A stretch of DNA of 64,000 bases from an uncultured Mailhella sp. (lineage in GTDB: Bacteria > Desulfobacterota > Desulfovibrionia > Desulfovibrionales > Desulfovibrionaceae). How positions within the stretch are numbered: the first letter of the stretch is position 1; every line of letters starts with the position of its first letter. The notes below the pieces were generated by a model. It was not told the origin of the DNA. It saw nothing but the letters and a program-made list of their open reading frames with translations, and did no database searches. The stretch is taken from NCBI GenBank assembly GCA_964632155.1, contig CAZWBH010000006.1, positions 7,558 through 71,557 of the forward strand, read 5' to 3'. Of this stretch, positions 9,714 through 20,111 are shown piece after piece. Both the position numbers and the translations under genes were made by a program.

Positions 9714-9756
9714 CGGGAGGGGCGAGTTCTGTAGTTTTTCTACCCAAGGAGTTTGA

Positions 9757-10716
9757 ATGAGCAGCGTCAACACTGCCATTTTGTTCCCCGGGCAAGGATC
9801 TCAGGTGGCGGGTATGGGCCGCAGGATAGCCGAGTCTTCCCCGGAGATCATGGATATATGGAAGAAGGCGGAAAGGATAAGTTCGTTGCCGCTCAGGGAA
9901 ATATACTGGGAAAGCAACGACATGAACCTTATGGCGAAAACCCGGAACCTTCAGCCGGCCATTACCGTGGTCAATATCGCCCTCTGGCTGAGCGTGAAAG
10001 ACCGTCTCCACCCTGTGTGCGCGGCGGGGCACAGTCTTGGAGAGTTTAGTGCACTGGCGGCGGCTGGAGTATTAAGCATTGACGCCGTCCTTGGTCTTGT
10101 CTCCGTGCGCGGTTGTCTTATGGCTGACGTAGACCCTGATCATATGGGAGTGATGTGCGCCGTGATACGCCTGCCTCTGGAACAGGTTGAGTCGGCGGCC
10201 CGCGTGGTTTCCGAACGTACGGGTAAACTTGTGCGCGTGGCCAATAAAAACACGCCGTTGCAGTCTGTACTCAGCGGGCATCGTGATGCGGTGGAAGAAG
10301 CGTCAGAATTGCTCAAGAACAAAAACCCTCGTGTCAAGGTTTTCCCTCTCGCGGTAAGCGGCGCCTTCCATACCTCGATGATGGCCGAAGCCTCCGCGGA
10401 ATTTGCCAAACTCCTCGATGGACAGGATTGGCGCAACGCGGCCTTCCCCATCTATTTCAATATACATGGGGAAGCCCTTGCCGATGCCGAGTCCATACGC
10501 TCCGCTGTGCGGCGACAGATGACTTCCTCTGTTTGCTGGGTGGATACCATCATGAATCAGTGGCGAGATGGCGTTCGTCGCTGGGTGGAATTCGGGCCTC
10601 AGGGCGTTCTCACCCGCATGGTTCGACCCATCCTGGTGGCGTCCAATGTGGAAGACGGAAGCTATACCACGGTTCACATCCCTAACATAGACGCGGTACG
10701 GGCGTTTGAAGGATAA
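9757..10716 (+). CDS. fabD: Malonyl-CoA:ACP transacylase
   Basis: FPGQGSQ and GHSLGEFSALAAAG (active-site Ser). Confidence 0.9.
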   Translation: MSSVNTAILFPGQGSQVAGMGRRIAESSPEIMDIWKKAERISSLPLREIYWESNDMNLMAKTRNLQPAITVVNIALWLSVKDRLHPVCAAGHSLGEFSALAAAGVLSIDAVLGLVSVRGCLMADVDPDHMGVMCAVIRLPLEQVESAARVVSERTGKLVRVANKNTPLQSVLSGHRDAVEEASELLKNKNPRVKVFPLAVSGAFHTSMMAEASAEFAKLLDGQDWRNAAFPIYFNIHGEALADAESIRSAVRRQMTSSVCWVDTIMNQWRDGVRRWVEFGPQGVLTRMVRPILVASNVEDGSYTTVHIPNIDAVRAFEG

Positions 10717-10718
10717 GC

Positions 10719-12386
10719 ATGCGTGACATCATCCTTGTTGAAGAGGCTCTGCGCGAGATAGTTTCGGGATGGGGCTGGGAATGGCCAAAAAAGGCTGTTC
10801 TGGAAATTCCAAAGGACGACAGGCACGGAGATCTGGCAACCAATCTGGCGCTCGTGAGTTCCAAACAGGCCGGAAAACCCCCTCGATCTGTGGCCGAAGA
10901 TCTGTGCCGCGCGCTGGAAGAAAAGCTTTCCGGAATGTTTAAGGTCGATATCGCCGGCCCGGGATTTATTAATCTCACCTTCGTTCCCTCCTTCTGGCAA
11001 CAGGTTGTTCTGGACGTGGAAAGAGAGGGTATGGCCTTCGGTTCCTCCAAAGAAGGCGCGGGTCGTCGAATTATTGTGGAATATGTTTCGGCCAATCCAA
11101 CAGGACCTCTACACATAGGCCATGGTCGTGGCGCGGCTGTGGGCGATTCTCTTACTCGGTTGCTCCGCTTCGCGGGATACGAGGTTTCCACGGAATATTA
11201 CATCAACGATGCGGGCCGTCAGATGCGCCTTTTAGGTGATTCTGTGTTCCTGCGCATACGCGAACTCTGCCATATGCCGGTGGTTTACCCTGAAAACCCC
11301 AAAGACTGGTACCGCGGCGACTACATTCGCGATATCGCCGGCGAGATGCTTAAGGAGTATCCTTCCCTCGTTGAGCTTCCCGAGGCCGAGGCCAAGAATC
11401 TCTGCTACGAGTATGCTTGCGCCACTATTCTTGCGGGCATCAGGGAAGATCTTAAAAAATTCAGGGTGGAACACCAAACTTGGTTTTCCGAGAAAACTCT
11501 TGTGGATGGCGGTAAGGTGGAAAAAGTACTTGCCGATTTGCGTGCCAGAGGTCTTGTCTATGACGAGGAGAATGCTGTCTGGCTGGCCACTAAGCAGTTT
11601 GGTGATGATAAAGATCGCGTACTCCGCAAGTCCGATGGCTATCTCACCTATTTTGCATCGGATATCGCCTATCATGCTCAAAAATTTGAGCGTGGTTTCG
11701 AGGAATGCATTGATATCTGGGGAGCTGATCATCATGGCTACATACCGCGTATGAAGGTGGCCGTCTCCTGTATGGGGCGCGATCCGGAGAAGGACTTTCG
11801 CGTGGTACTCATACAGATGGTGAACCTGATGCGCGGCGGCGAACCTGTGGCCATGTCCACACGCGCCGGAGAATTTGTTACGCTCCGTGAGGTGCTGAAC
11901 GAAGTGGGAACCGACGCCGCACGCTTTATGTTTTTGTCGCGCAAGAGCGACAGCCCGCTGGATTTCGACTTGGATCTGATCAAGCGGCGCAATATGGAAA
12001 ATCCCGTTTACTATGTCCAGTACGCTCACGCCCGAGTAGCCGCACTCCTGCGCAGGGCGGTCGAGCGCGGCATTGTACTTCCAAGTCGATGCAAGGCGGA
12101 AGACCTGTCCTGCCTGATCGCGCCAGAGGACGTAACCCTCCTGCGTGAGGTGGATCGCTTCCGCAAGGTGGTAAAGGAGGCTGCCCAGTCCAGGGCCGCG
12201 CACCCCATAAGTTTTTACCTTATGGAACTGGCGGGCCGTTTGCACGGCTATTATACGCGTAACCCCATACTCAGCGGGGAGGATGTCGCGCTTATGAAGG
12301 CGCGTCTTGCCCTTCTGCGTGCCGTAAGTACCGTTATCGCCACAGGGCTTGACCTTTTGGGCGTCAGTGCTCCGGAAAGTATGTAA
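10719..12386 (+). CDS. argS: Arginine--tRNA ligase
   Basis: 555 aa with SANPTGPLHIGHGR (HIGH motif), a class I fold and a DALR-type C-terminus. Confidence 0.93.
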   Translation: MRDIILVEEALREIVSGWGWEWPKKAVLEIPKDDRHGDLATNLALVSSKQAGKPPRSVAEDLCRALEEKLSGMFKVDIAGPGFINLTFVPSFWQQVVLDVEREGMAFGSSKEGAGRRIIVEYVSANPTGPLHIGHGRGAAVGDSLTRLLRFAGYEVSTEYYINDAGRQMRLLGDSVFLRIRELCHMPVVYPENPKDWYRGDYIRDIAGEMLKEYPSLVELPEAEAKNLCYEYACATILAGIREDLKKFRVEHQTWFSEKTLVDGGKVEKVLADLRARGLVYDEENAVWLATKQFGDDKDRVLRKSDGYLTYFASDIAYHAQKFERGFEECIDIWGADHHGYIPRMKVAVSCMGRDPEKDFRVVLIQMVNLMRGGEPVAMSTRAGEFVTLREVLNEVGTDAARFMFLSRKSDSPLDFDLDLIKRRNMENPVYYVQYAHARVAALLRRAVERGIVLPSRCKAEDLSCLIAPEDVTLLREVDRFRKVVKEAAQSRAAHPISFYLMELAGRLHGYYTRNPILSGEDVALMKARLALLRAVSTVIATGLDLLGVSAPESM

Positions 12387-12388
12387 TC

Positions 12389-13156
12389 ATGTCTGGCGCC
12401 TTTTATCGCAATACTTCTTCCGGCGGAAAGAAAGGGTCAGAGCGCGAACATCGCCCTTCCTCCTCTCTGCCTTGGAGTGAAAGCCGTGAGGCGGAGTCCC
12501 GGCCCGCACAGACCCAGACGTCTGCCGGGGAAGAGAGTCCACAGCGAGGCTTGGGGGTGACAGTGCGCATTACGCCGTCCGTCCTCGTTACCGCAAGTGT
12601 TCTCTCGTTGCTTCTTCTTGGCTTCAGTTTTCTGAGCGGTGTCATTGTGGGACATATAAACCTGCCCGTTCCCCCCGCATCGGAACTTCAGCCGCTTCTG
12701 CCCGCTGAACAGGGCGGGGAGAGCGGGAAAGAAGAAAGCTCCGGGCCTGAACCCATTCTGCCCAAGGAAGACTTGAGCTTCATGACCAGCCTGAAGAGCG
12801 AGCAGGTCGCGGGCATTTTGTCCGACAGAGAGAAGCCTGAAGCAAAGCCTGAACCAGCTCCTGAACAGGAAAAGCCCAAAATCGTACCAAACGAACCGAA
12901 GGAACCGGAGACAGACTATCTGCTCCGCGTGGCTACTTTCAAAAAAGCCGAACCGGCCCAGGAACTGCGAAAGAAGCTCGCGAAGGCCGGACTCCGCGCC
13001 GAGTACGAGCGGACGAAGACAAAGAAGACCACCTGGCACTATGTTCTAGTGCAGTTGCGTGGCACTGTCGCAGACTTTCAGAAGACGAAGGATATCCTCA
13101 AAGCCTATGGACTGGATGATATCATGGTACGTAGCAGTGTGCCCGTAAAAAAATAA
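12389..13156 (+). CDS. SPOR domain-containing membrane protein
   Basis: Basic N-terminus, one TM segment (VLVTASVLSLLLLGFSFLSGVIV), a Pro/Glu/Lys-rich linker, and a C-terminal SPOR-like YLLRVATFKKAEPAQELRKKL. Confidence 0.7.
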   Translation: MSGAFYRNTSSGGKKGSEREHRPSSSLPWSESREAESRPAQTQTSAGEESPQRGLGVTVRITPSVLVTASVLSLLLLGFSFLSGVIVGHINLPVPPASELQPLLPAEQGGESGKEESSGPEPILPKEDLSFMTSLKSEQVAGILSDREKPEAKPEPAPEQEKPKIVPNEPKEPETDYLLRVATFKKAEPAQELRKKLAKAGLRAEYERTKTKKTTWHYVLVQLRGTVADFQKTKDILKAYGLDDIMVRSSVPVKK

Positions 13157-13184
13157 CGGGCGAGTTGGAAGCGTGCTTCTTTTC

Positions 13185-13213
13185 TTGACAAAAGAAAAGA
13201 GGGAAAGTAGTTT
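13185..13213 (+). promoter_or_regulatory. Candidate sigma70-type promoter for yceD-rpmF-plsX
   Basis: TTGACA (13185-13190), a 17-nt spacer, then TAGTTT (13208-13213). An AGAGGTAAGG RBS precedes ATG 13236. Confidence 0.35.
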
Positions 13214-13235
13214 TTCATGTTTCCAGAGGTAAGGT

Positions 13236-13772
13236 ATGGACTGGAGCCGCATTGCTCTGCATGAAATGGATCCTCAGGGCTGTACGTTTTCCGTTTCGGA
13301 AGAGCGGGTATGGACGGAACCTCTGAGGAAATACCGTGTACCGTGCCGCATTGTCGAACCTGTTCGGGCCGAGGTTTTCGCCTTTGCTCAGAAGGAAGGT
13401 TGTCTGCTTCGAGGTACGATTATGGGTACTGTGACTCTGCCGTGTGATCGTTGCGCGGAAGAGGCGCACATTGTTCTGAACCAGAGCTTTGACGAGTTTG
13501 AAGGATACCCCAATGTTGAGTCTGACGACAGCGCCAAGGAACTTCTGGAAAAGAGCGTCATTACGGTGGAGGGCGGCGTTCCTTTCCTTGACCTTGAAGC
13601 GTTCCTTTGGGAGGAATTTTTTCTGGCGTTGCCGATGAAGCCTCTTTGCCGACCGGATTGCAAGGGCCTTTGTCCCAAGTGTGGCAAGAACCTGAATGAA
13701 GGCCCCTGTGCCTGCGCCCATAAGGAAGAAGATCCGCGATTCGCCGCCCTTCGTCAACTTAGAATACATTAG
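13236..13772 (+). CDS. yceD: YceD/DUF177 family protein (23S rRNA accumulation protein)
   Basis: CDRC...CRPDCKGLCPKCGKNLNEGPCAC, and the conserved position directly upstream of rpmF-plsX. Confidence 0.8.
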   Translation: MDWSRIALHEMDPQGCTFSVSEERVWTEPLRKYRVPCRIVEPVRAEVFAFAQKEGCLLRGTIMGTVTLPCDRCAEEAHIVLNQSFDEFEGYPNVESDDSAKELLEKSVITVEGGVPFLDLEAFLWEEFFLALPMKPLCRPDCKGLCPKCGKNLNEGPCACAHKEEDPRFAALRQLRIH

Positions 13773-13804
13773 AAGCCCTTTTGCTTCGAGATAAGGAGAA
13801 AACC

Positions 13805-13990
13805 ATGGCTGTTCAGCAGAACAAAAAATCCCGTTCCAAGAAAGGTATGCGCCGTTCTCACGACCGTGTAGTCAAACCCACGGTTATCTACTGTTCCTGC
13901 GGCGCCCCTACCAAGCCACACAGTGTCTGTCCTTCCTGTGGCAAATATAACGGTCGTCAGGTGGAGCCTGTGGTGGTCGATGAGCAGTGA
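13805..13990 (+). CDS. rpmF: 50S ribosomal protein L32
   Basis: MAVQQNKKSRSKKGMRRSHD...CPSCG. Confidence 0.93.
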   Translation: MAVQQNKKSRSKKGMRRSHDRVVKPTVIYCSCGAPTKPHSVCPSCGKYNGRQVEPVVVDEQ

Positions 13991-15029
13991 TCGCGCCAGA
14001 CTGGTTGTAGACGCTATGGGCGGGGATTTCGGCCCCTCCGTGGTGATTCCAGGAGTTCTGAACGCCGTACACAACACGGGTGCGAAGGCGTTTCTTGTGG
14101 GCAGGGAAGAATCCATTCGCGCCACACTTGAAGAGCTTTCCCTTCAGCATGAGGAAGGAGATTTTTACGAAATTGTCAACGCCACACAGGTGGTGGAGAT
14201 GACGGACAAACCCTCGGAAATCCTCCGTTCCAAGAAGGATTCTTCCATGCAGGTGGGGTGCCGCCTTGTCCATGAAGGCAAAGCCGATGCCTTTATCAGC
14301 GCCGGTCACTCTGGCGCGGCTTTTGCCTGCGGCATGTTCATCCTGGGACGTATACAGGGTGTCGAAAGACCGGCTCTGGCCTCCCTCATCCCAACGGAAA
14401 AATCTCCCATGTTACTTCTTGATGTGGGGGCAAACGTGGAGTGTCGCCCGCATCACCTCTTCCAATTTGCGCTTATGGGTGAATGCTTTGTCCGCGATAT
14501 CATGGGTTACGAGAACCCTCGCGTAGGCATACTCAGCATAGGAGAGGAAGAGGGCAAGGGCAATTCTTTGGTCAAGAGCAGCTATGAACTCCTTAAGCAG
14601 GCCTCGCACCTCAACTTCATCGGCAACGTGGAAGGACGCGACTTGTTCACGGGCGATATTGACGTGGTTGTCTGCGATGGTTTTGTGGGCAATATTGCCC
14701 TCAAGCTGAGCGAAGGGCTAGCCAGTTCTCTGTCTCATGTACTCAAACGCGAACTCTTGAACAACGGACCCATATCCAAACTGGGCGCCATGCTTTCCAT
14801 GAAGGCCTTCCAGAAGTTCAAGAAGGTGGTGGATTACGCTGAATACGGCGGCGCTCCGCTTTTGGGACTCAAGGGCATCGCCATTGTCTGCCACGGAAAA
14901 TCGAACGAAAAGGCCATTTCTAGCGCCGTGACCATGGCCAATACCTATGTGATCAAGGGTACACAGCAACGCTTGGTCGAAGCGATCAGCGCCAACGAGG
15001 AACTTTCCAGTTATGCAAGGTTGGTTTAG
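13980..15029 (+). CDS. plsX: Phosphate acyltransferase PlsX
   Basis: MSSDRARLVVDAMGGDFGP and GFVGNIALK. I chose the internal ATG at 13980, which overlaps the end of rpmF. Confidence 0.9.
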   Translation: MSSDRARLVVDAMGGDFGPSVVIPGVLNAVHNTGAKAFLVGREESIRATLEELSLQHEEGDFYEIVNATQVVEMTDKPSEILRSKKDSSMQVGCRLVHEGKADAFISAGHSGAAFACGMFILGRIQGVERPALASLIPTEKSPMLLLDVGANVECRPHHLFQFALMGECFVRDIMGYENPRVGILSIGEEEGKGNSLVKSSYELLKQASHLNFIGNVEGRDLFTGDIDVVVCDGFVGNIALKLSEGLASSLSHVLKRELLNNGPISKLGAMLSMKAFQKFKKVVDYAEYGGAPLLGLKGIAIVCHGKSNEKAISSAVTMANTYVIKGTQQRLVEAISANEELSSYARLV

Positions 15030-15517
15030 CACTTTCCTGGCTTTTTAGACTAGAAGCTCCCTATGACGAGAGTCGTTTTTTTGCTGTTTATTTGTGATAC
15101 GCGCGCGTTCGGGCATTGCTTTGCCGTTTCATCAAATTTTTTTCATATGTCAGTCTGGTTTCTGTAGATCCTCCCGTTCTACTCTAAACAGGGTTATGGA
15201 AAACGAATGCGAAACGTCGTTGAAGAGATAGCTTCACGGCCAGGCATTGGAGAACGTCTTTTTCGCATCATGCCAAAGTGCGCCTCGTTCAGGCAGCGGG
15301 TTAACTCACGGACGTAGTCGCTTCCAAGTTATTCTCCGATGTGTAACTCCTATGGTAACATATGTTTGTTGCCACGTCCCCCCTCATCCTCCTTTGTGAT
15401 ACAAGACAAAAGAGCGTTTGAAGCCGTGCATGAAGGTGCTTCTAACCGGTTTTCGAAGTGGAACGTCACGGGAATCCGTGTTCTCAGGCTAGTTGAGAAA
15501 AATCACTTTTATGATGA

Positions 15518-15620
15518 TTTTCTGAAAACTTTGTTTTTGGTTTCAGGTGGTTGAAGTGTGAATTTCATTGAAAACGTGAATGTCTCGGCTAGTTTTCTTC
15601 ATTGTCATTTTTCTGAAAAC
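15518..15620. promoter_or_regulatory. Pair of identical 12-mers TTTTCTGAAAAC (palindromic core TTTTC-T-GAAAA) plus extra GAAAAC/GTTTTC half-sites upstream of fabG
   Basis: Exact copies at 15518-15529 and 15609-15620. Additional GAAAAC at 15570-15575 and GTTTTC at 15592-15597. The second copy lies 33-44 nt upstream of the fabG ATG. Confidence 0.35.
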
Positions 15621-15652
15621 CGCTTAGGGTAAATCTAGTTGGGAGCTTTGAG

Positions 15653-16396
15653 ATGAGTGAACTTGTCCCCACTGCCCTTGTCACGGGTGGATCTCGTGGT
15701 ATCGGGCGTAGCATTGCGCTTGAGTTGGCATCCTCTGGCCTTCAGGTTTACTTTACCTATGTCAGCCGCCCTGAAGCGGCGGAAGAGACACTTTCCGCCA
15801 TTGCCGAAGGAGGGGGCATGGCCAGGGCCTTTCGCGTGGATTCTTCCAATACAGAAGAAGTTTCATGCTTCTTTACCGAGAGAATCAGGGGCAAAGTTCG
15901 GCTGGACGTGCTGGTGAACAACGCCGGCATCACCTGTGATGGGCTTCTTGTGCGCATGAAGGATGAAGACTACGAAAAGGTTTTCAACACCAATCTGCGC
16001 GGGGCCTTTGTTTTTCTCCGCGAGGCGGCAAAAATCATGGTTCGCCAGCGCTTTGGGCGCATCATCAATATTTCTTCCTTGGTTGGCCAAATGGGCAACG
16101 CAGGGCAGGTCAACTACGCGGCCGCCAAGGCCGGGCTTATTGGCATGACCAAGGCCGCAGCCAAAGAACTTGGGAGCCGTTCTGTCACTGTCAATGCGGT
16201 GGCTCCTGGCTTCATCGAAACGGAAATGACCGCGGCACTTTCGGAAGAAAGCCGCAAGGTTTACCTTTCGTCCATTCCTCTTGGGCGGCTTGGATCCGCG
16301 CGAGATGTAGCCAACGCCGTGGCCTTCCTTGCCTCTGACAAAGCGGCCTATATTACGGGACAGGTGATCGCCGTGAACGGGGGATTGTACTGCTAG
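15653..16396 (+). CDS. fabG: 3-oxoacyl-ACP reductase
   Basis: TGGSRGIGRSIA, NNAG and the YAAAKAG SDR catalytic motif. Confidence 0.9.
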   Translation: MSELVPTALVTGGSRGIGRSIALELASSGLQVYFTYVSRPEAAEETLSAIAEGGGMARAFRVDSSNTEEVSCFFTERIRGKVRLDVLVNNAGITCDGLLVRMKDEDYEKVFNTNLRGAFVFLREAAKIMVRQRFGRIINISSLVGQMGNAGQVNYAAAKAGLIGMTKAAAKELGSRSVTVNAVAPGFIETEMTAALSEESRKVYLSSIPLGRLGSARDVANAVAFLASDKAAYITGQVIAVNGGLYC

Positions 16397-16522
16397 CAAA
16401 GGGGTTGTTCTCTTGCGTGCGGCCCTGGTTGCGATAGATGTTGATTTATGGCACAAGACTTCGACCGAGACCGATCGAAGAAATTTTGAGAGAACCTGAA
16501 CCATTACCCTTTGGAGGGAAAC

Positions 16523-16759
16523 ATGTCTGCCGTTGAAGACAAGATAAAACAGATCATCGTTGAACAACTTCAGCTTTCCGAAGAGGAAGTTACCCCCGAG
16601 GCCTCTTTTATTGAAGATCTGGGCGCTGATTCTTTGGATCTCACCGAGCTCATCATGGCCTTTGAAGAGGCCTTTGGGATGGAAATTGCCGATGACGACG
16701 CTCAGAAGATTCTTAAGGTTCAGGATGCTATTAACTATATCGAAAGCAAGCTGAAGTGA
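16523..16759 (+). CDS. acpP: Acyl carrier protein
   Basis: [16 protein letters not shown]...[12 protein letters not shown] (phosphopantetheine-attachment Ser). Confidence 0.95.
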   Translation: MSAVEDKIKQIIVEQLQLSEEEVTPEASFIEDLGADSLDLTELIMAFEEAFGMEIADDDAQKILKVQDAINYIESKLK

Positions 16760-16782
16760 GCGACATTTTTCCTCGCCCTTTG

Positions 16783-16822
16783 CCGGAGGGTTGCGACCCT
16801 CCGGTATTTTCTGTTTTTCTTC
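16783..16822 (+). terminator. Rho-independent terminator/attenuator after acpP
   Basis: Perfect 8-bp GC-rich stem CCGGAGGG-ttgcga-CCCTCCGG (16783-16804), followed by TATTTTCTGTTTTTCTTC. Confidence 0.7.
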
Positions 16823-17024
16823 AGTTTTTACCTTGCAACTGAGAACTTTTCCGCGAAGAGGAACTGGAAACGTTGCGGTTTTTTTTGTCCTCTGAAGTCT
16901 TATACAGGAAAATAGCGCAGGGTAAAAAGGGCGAGGGTGCGAGTATTGAGCTTTGTCCGCGGCACTCAGGAGCGGAGATGGCCCGGGAACTTTCGCGAGG
17001 TTCCCTCTCATCACGGAGCGAAGC

Positions 17025-18272
17025 GTGGAACGTAAACGCATAGTTATTACCGGCCTTTCAGCCATTACTCCTCTGGGTCTTAATCTAGAGGACAGCTGGA
17101 AGGCTCTGCTTGCTGGCACATCTGGGATAGGCCGTATTTCCCTGTTTGATTCCACTGAATATTCCACGCATATAGCGGGCGAGGTCAAGGGTTTTGAGCC
17201 TGAAGTTGTTATTCCGGCCAAGCAGTGCCGCAAGATGGATCGCTTTTGTCAGTTGGCCATATGTGCCGGGCTTGCTGTTCGTCAGAATTCCGGATTTATT
17301 CTTGATCCAGAGAACGCCGGGCGCGTGGGGATAGTACTTGGCGTAGGGCTTGGCGGACTGAAAACTATTGAGAGTTTCCATTCCAAACTGCTCAGCGCCG
17401 GGCCGCGGCACGTTTCCGCGTTCTACATTCCCATGCTCATTTCCAATATGGCGCCAGGCCAGGTGGCCCTGTTCATCGGCGCCAAGGGTGTCAATGCGGT
17501 TTCTACCAGTGCCTGCGCCTCTGCTTTGCACGCCTTGGGCTACGCTTACGACCAGCTTGTTCTGGGGCGTGCTGAAGCCGTTATCACCGGCGGTGTCGAG
17601 TCCACCATTACGCCCATGGGCATTTCCGGTTTTACTGCCATGAAGGCTCTGTGTACCAGCTATCAGGACGAACCGGAAAGGGCCTCCCGCCCCTTTGATG
17701 CCCGGCGTTGTGGCTTTATCATGGGTGAAGGCGCTGGCATGCTCATGCTGGAAACGCTGAAATCCGCCACGGATCGCGGCGCCCATATTTATGCGGAAGT
17801 CCTTGGCTTTGGCGCTTCCAACGACGCGCATCACATGGTCGCTCCCTTGGAAACCGGAGAGGGTATGGCCGCATCCATGCGCAACGCCTTGGCCGATGCC
17901 AACCTTCCTCCCGAAAAAATCGACCATGTGAGCGCGCACGGCACCTCCACCCAGGCCAATGATCCGGCGGAAACCAGGGCGCTTCATATGGTCTTTGGCG
18001 AACATGCCAGGGAACTTGCCATCACGGCCGTGAAATCCCAGATTGGTCATCTTCTTGGAGCATCCGGCGGCGTTGCTACCGTTTTTGCCGCAAAAACCCT
18101 GGAAACAGGCATGGTTCCTGGCACTGTCAATCTGGAGAATCCCGATCCAGAATGCGATCTGAATTATATGGCCAACGGCTCCGAGAAGCTTGACCCGCAA
18201 TGTGCCATGATTAACGCCTTTGGTTTTGGTGGCACCAACGCCAGCCTTGTGCTGAAGAAGTTCACTGAATAA
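17025..18272 (+). CDS. fabF: 3-oxoacyl-ACP synthase II
   Basis: [26 protein letters not shown] (Cys), HGTSTQAND and [10 protein letters not shown] prefer GTG 17025, which has GGAG 7 nt upstream, over TTG 16953. Confidence 0.9.
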   Translation: MERKRIVITGLSAITPLGLNLEDSWKALLAGTSGIGRISLFDSTEYSTHIAGEVKGFEPEVVIPAKQCRKMDRFCQLAICAGLAVRQNSGFILDPENAGRVGIVLGVGLGGLKTIESFHSKLLSAGPRHVSAFYIPMLISNMAPGQVALFIGAKGVNAVSTSACASALHALGYAYDQLVLGRAEAVITGGVESTITPMGISGFTAMKALCTSYQDEPERASRPFDARRCGFIMGEGAGMLMLETLKSATDRGAHIYAEVLGFGASNDAHHMVAPLETGEGMAASMRNALADANLPPEKIDHVSAHGTSTQANDPAETRALHMVFGEHARELAITAVKSQIGHLLGASGGVATVFAAKTLETGMVPGTVNLENPDPECDLNYMANGSEKLDPQCAMINAFGFGGTNASLVLKKFTE

Positions 18273-18303
18273 ATTTTCGGCACCCTTATTTTTTGGAACG
18301 GAC

Positions 18304-19548
18304 ATGGATGAATTGATTTTGCGCGATCCTGAAGTAGCGGAGTCTATCTGGAAGGAATCCCGCCGCCAGGTGAGCAAGCTGGAACTTATCGCCTCTGAGA
18401 ACTTTGTGTCCGCCGCGGTGCGCGAGGCGCAGGGTTCCGTGATGACGCACAAGTATGCCGAAGGTTACCCCGGCAAGCGCTACTACGGCGGTTGCGAATT
18501 TGTGGACGAAGTGGAGGAAATCGCCCGAAACCGCGCCATGGAGCTTTTTCACTGCGATTACGCCAATGTTCAGCCACATGCCGGAAGTCAGGCCAATATG
18601 GCCGCTTACTTTACACTGCTAAAGCCAGGTGACACCGTCATGGGCATGGAACTCTCCCACGGCGGGCATCTCACGCACGGCAGTCCCGTGAATTTTTCCG
18701 GTTGCGTCTATCGTTTTGTTTCCTACGGGGTAGACAGGGAAACAGGCCGCATTGATTACGATGCCCTTGCCCGGCTGGCCTGTGAATGTCGCCCTGCACT
18801 CATCGTGGCCGGGGCCAGCGCCTACCCTCGCGTTCTTGATTTTAAGCGTTTCCGTTCCATTGCGGATGAGGTGGGGGCACGCCTCATGGTGGATATGGCT
18901 CATATCGCCGGACTTGTGGCTACGGATTGTCATCCTTCGCCTCTTCCCTATGCCGACCTTTGTACCACAACCACGCACAAAACCCTGCGCGGTCCGCGTG
19001 GAGGTATGATACTCTCTTCGCGCGGGGAAGTCTGGGGACAGGTCGTCAACAGCAGGGTCTTCCCCGGTATACAGGGTGGCCCGCTCATGCATATCATCGC
19101 GGCCAAGGCCGTGGCGCTTGGCGAGGCTTTGCGTCCGGAATTCAGAGCATACCAGGCTCAAGTTATCAAAAATGCCGCCGCGCTGGCAAATTGCCTTAGC
19201 TCCGCGGGTTATGTCCTTGTTTCCGGCGGAACGGATAATCATCTCCTGCTACTTGACCTCCGAGAGCGTGATATCACGGGCAAAGACGCAGAGGAGGCTC
19301 TGGACGTTGCGGGCATCACGGTGAACAAGAACGTTGTGCCCTTTGAGACGCGTTCGCGTTATGTCACCTCAGGAGTGCGCCTTGGCGCCGCGGCTCTCAC
19401 GACGCGCGGCATGAAGGAAAAAGATATGGAAAAGGTTGGGAGTTTCATTGTTGAGGCGCTTGCCGGTGCGCGCAGCGAAAGCCGCCTGACCGCTATCCGC
19501 CGCAAGGTGGAAGCCTTTGCCCTGCAATTCCCGCTCTTTGCGTGGTAA
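18304..19548 (+). CDS. glyA: Serine hydroxymethyltransferase
   Basis: LIASENFVS and [14 protein letters not shown]. Confidence 0.95.
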   Translation: MDELILRDPEVAESIWKESRRQVSKLELIASENFVSAAVREAQGSVMTHKYAEGYPGKRYYGGCEFVDEVEEIARNRAMELFHCDYANVQPHAGSQANMAAYFTLLKPGDTVMGMELSHGGHLTHGSPVNFSGCVYRFVSYGVDRETGRIDYDALARLACECRPALIVAGASAYPRVLDFKRFRSIADEVGARLMVDMAHIAGLVATDCHPSPLPYADLCTTTTHKTLRGPRGGMILSSRGEVWGQVVNSRVFPGIQGGPLMHIIAAKAVALGEALRPEFRAYQAQVIKNAAALANCLSSAGYVLVSGGTDNHLLLLDLRERDITGKDAEEALDVAGITVNKNVVPFETRSRYVTSGVRLGAAALTTRGMKEKDMEKVGSFIVEALAGARSESRLTAIRRKVEAFALQFPLFAW

Positions 19549-19604
19549 TAACCTAACGGGAGGCGGCTTCTTGCATTGGCCCGCCTAGCCCGCAGTGTCC
19601 GGGG

Positions 19605-20111
19605 GTGGGAATGAACCAGAATATCAGAGCCAGTTGGCCGCAGTATTTCATGGATATCGCCTTCCTTGTTTCTGAACGTAGCACCTGTCTCCGCAGAAAG
19701 GTTGGATCCGTTGCCGTGAAAGACAAACGCATCCTGGCCACTGGCTACAACGGCGCACCCTCGGGCGTGGCCCACTGTTTGGAATCCGGCTGTCTGCGTC
19801 AGAAGCTGGGTATACCTTCCGGCCAGAGACACGAGATTTGTCGTGGCATACACGCCGAACAGAACGTGATCATACAGGCGGCCATGCACGGCATTTCCCT
19901 CAGAGGCGCCGAACTGTACTGCACCACCTTTCCCTGTTTTATCTGTTCGAAGATGCTCATTAACTGCGGTATCCGCCGTATATGGGTTTGTGAGAACTAC
20001 CCCGACGAATTTTCCGCGGCCATGCTTGGAGAAGCCGGCGTGGAGGTGTTTTCTCTTGAGCGTGAGAAACAAACGTGTTCCGCTGAAAAGGCGGAAGGTG
20101 GGAAGATGTGA
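19605..20111 (+). CDS. dCMP deaminase (ComEB-type cytidine/deoxycytidylate deaminase)
   Basis: HAEQNVI and PCFICSKM zinc-binding motifs; 168 aa. Confidence 0.85.
   Translation: MGMNQNIRASWPQYFMDIAFLVSERSTCLRRKVGSVAVKDKRILATGYNGAPSGVAHCLESGCLRQKLGIPSGQRHEICRGIHAEQNVIIQAAMHGISLRGAELYCTTFPCFICSKMLINCGIRRIWVCENYPDEFSAAMLGEAGVEVFSLEREKQTCSAEKAEGGKM

Noticed and set aside
8643-9779. 378-aa minus-strand ORF over glpX
   Set aside because: It is antisense to glpX and carries no recognisable domain.
15339-15554. 71-aa ORF in the plsX-fabG gap
   Set aside because: It has no RBS and no motif, an odd composition, and lies in low-GC DNA where chance ORFs are easy. It is kept only as part of the gap finding.
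15863-18452. Two very long minus-strand ORFs (456 and 455 aa) spanning fabG-acpP-fabF
   Set aside because: They lie antisense to genes with unambiguous motifs. Their sequence is Arg/Gly/His-rich and low-complexity, typical of stop-poor antisense frames in GC-rich coding DNA.
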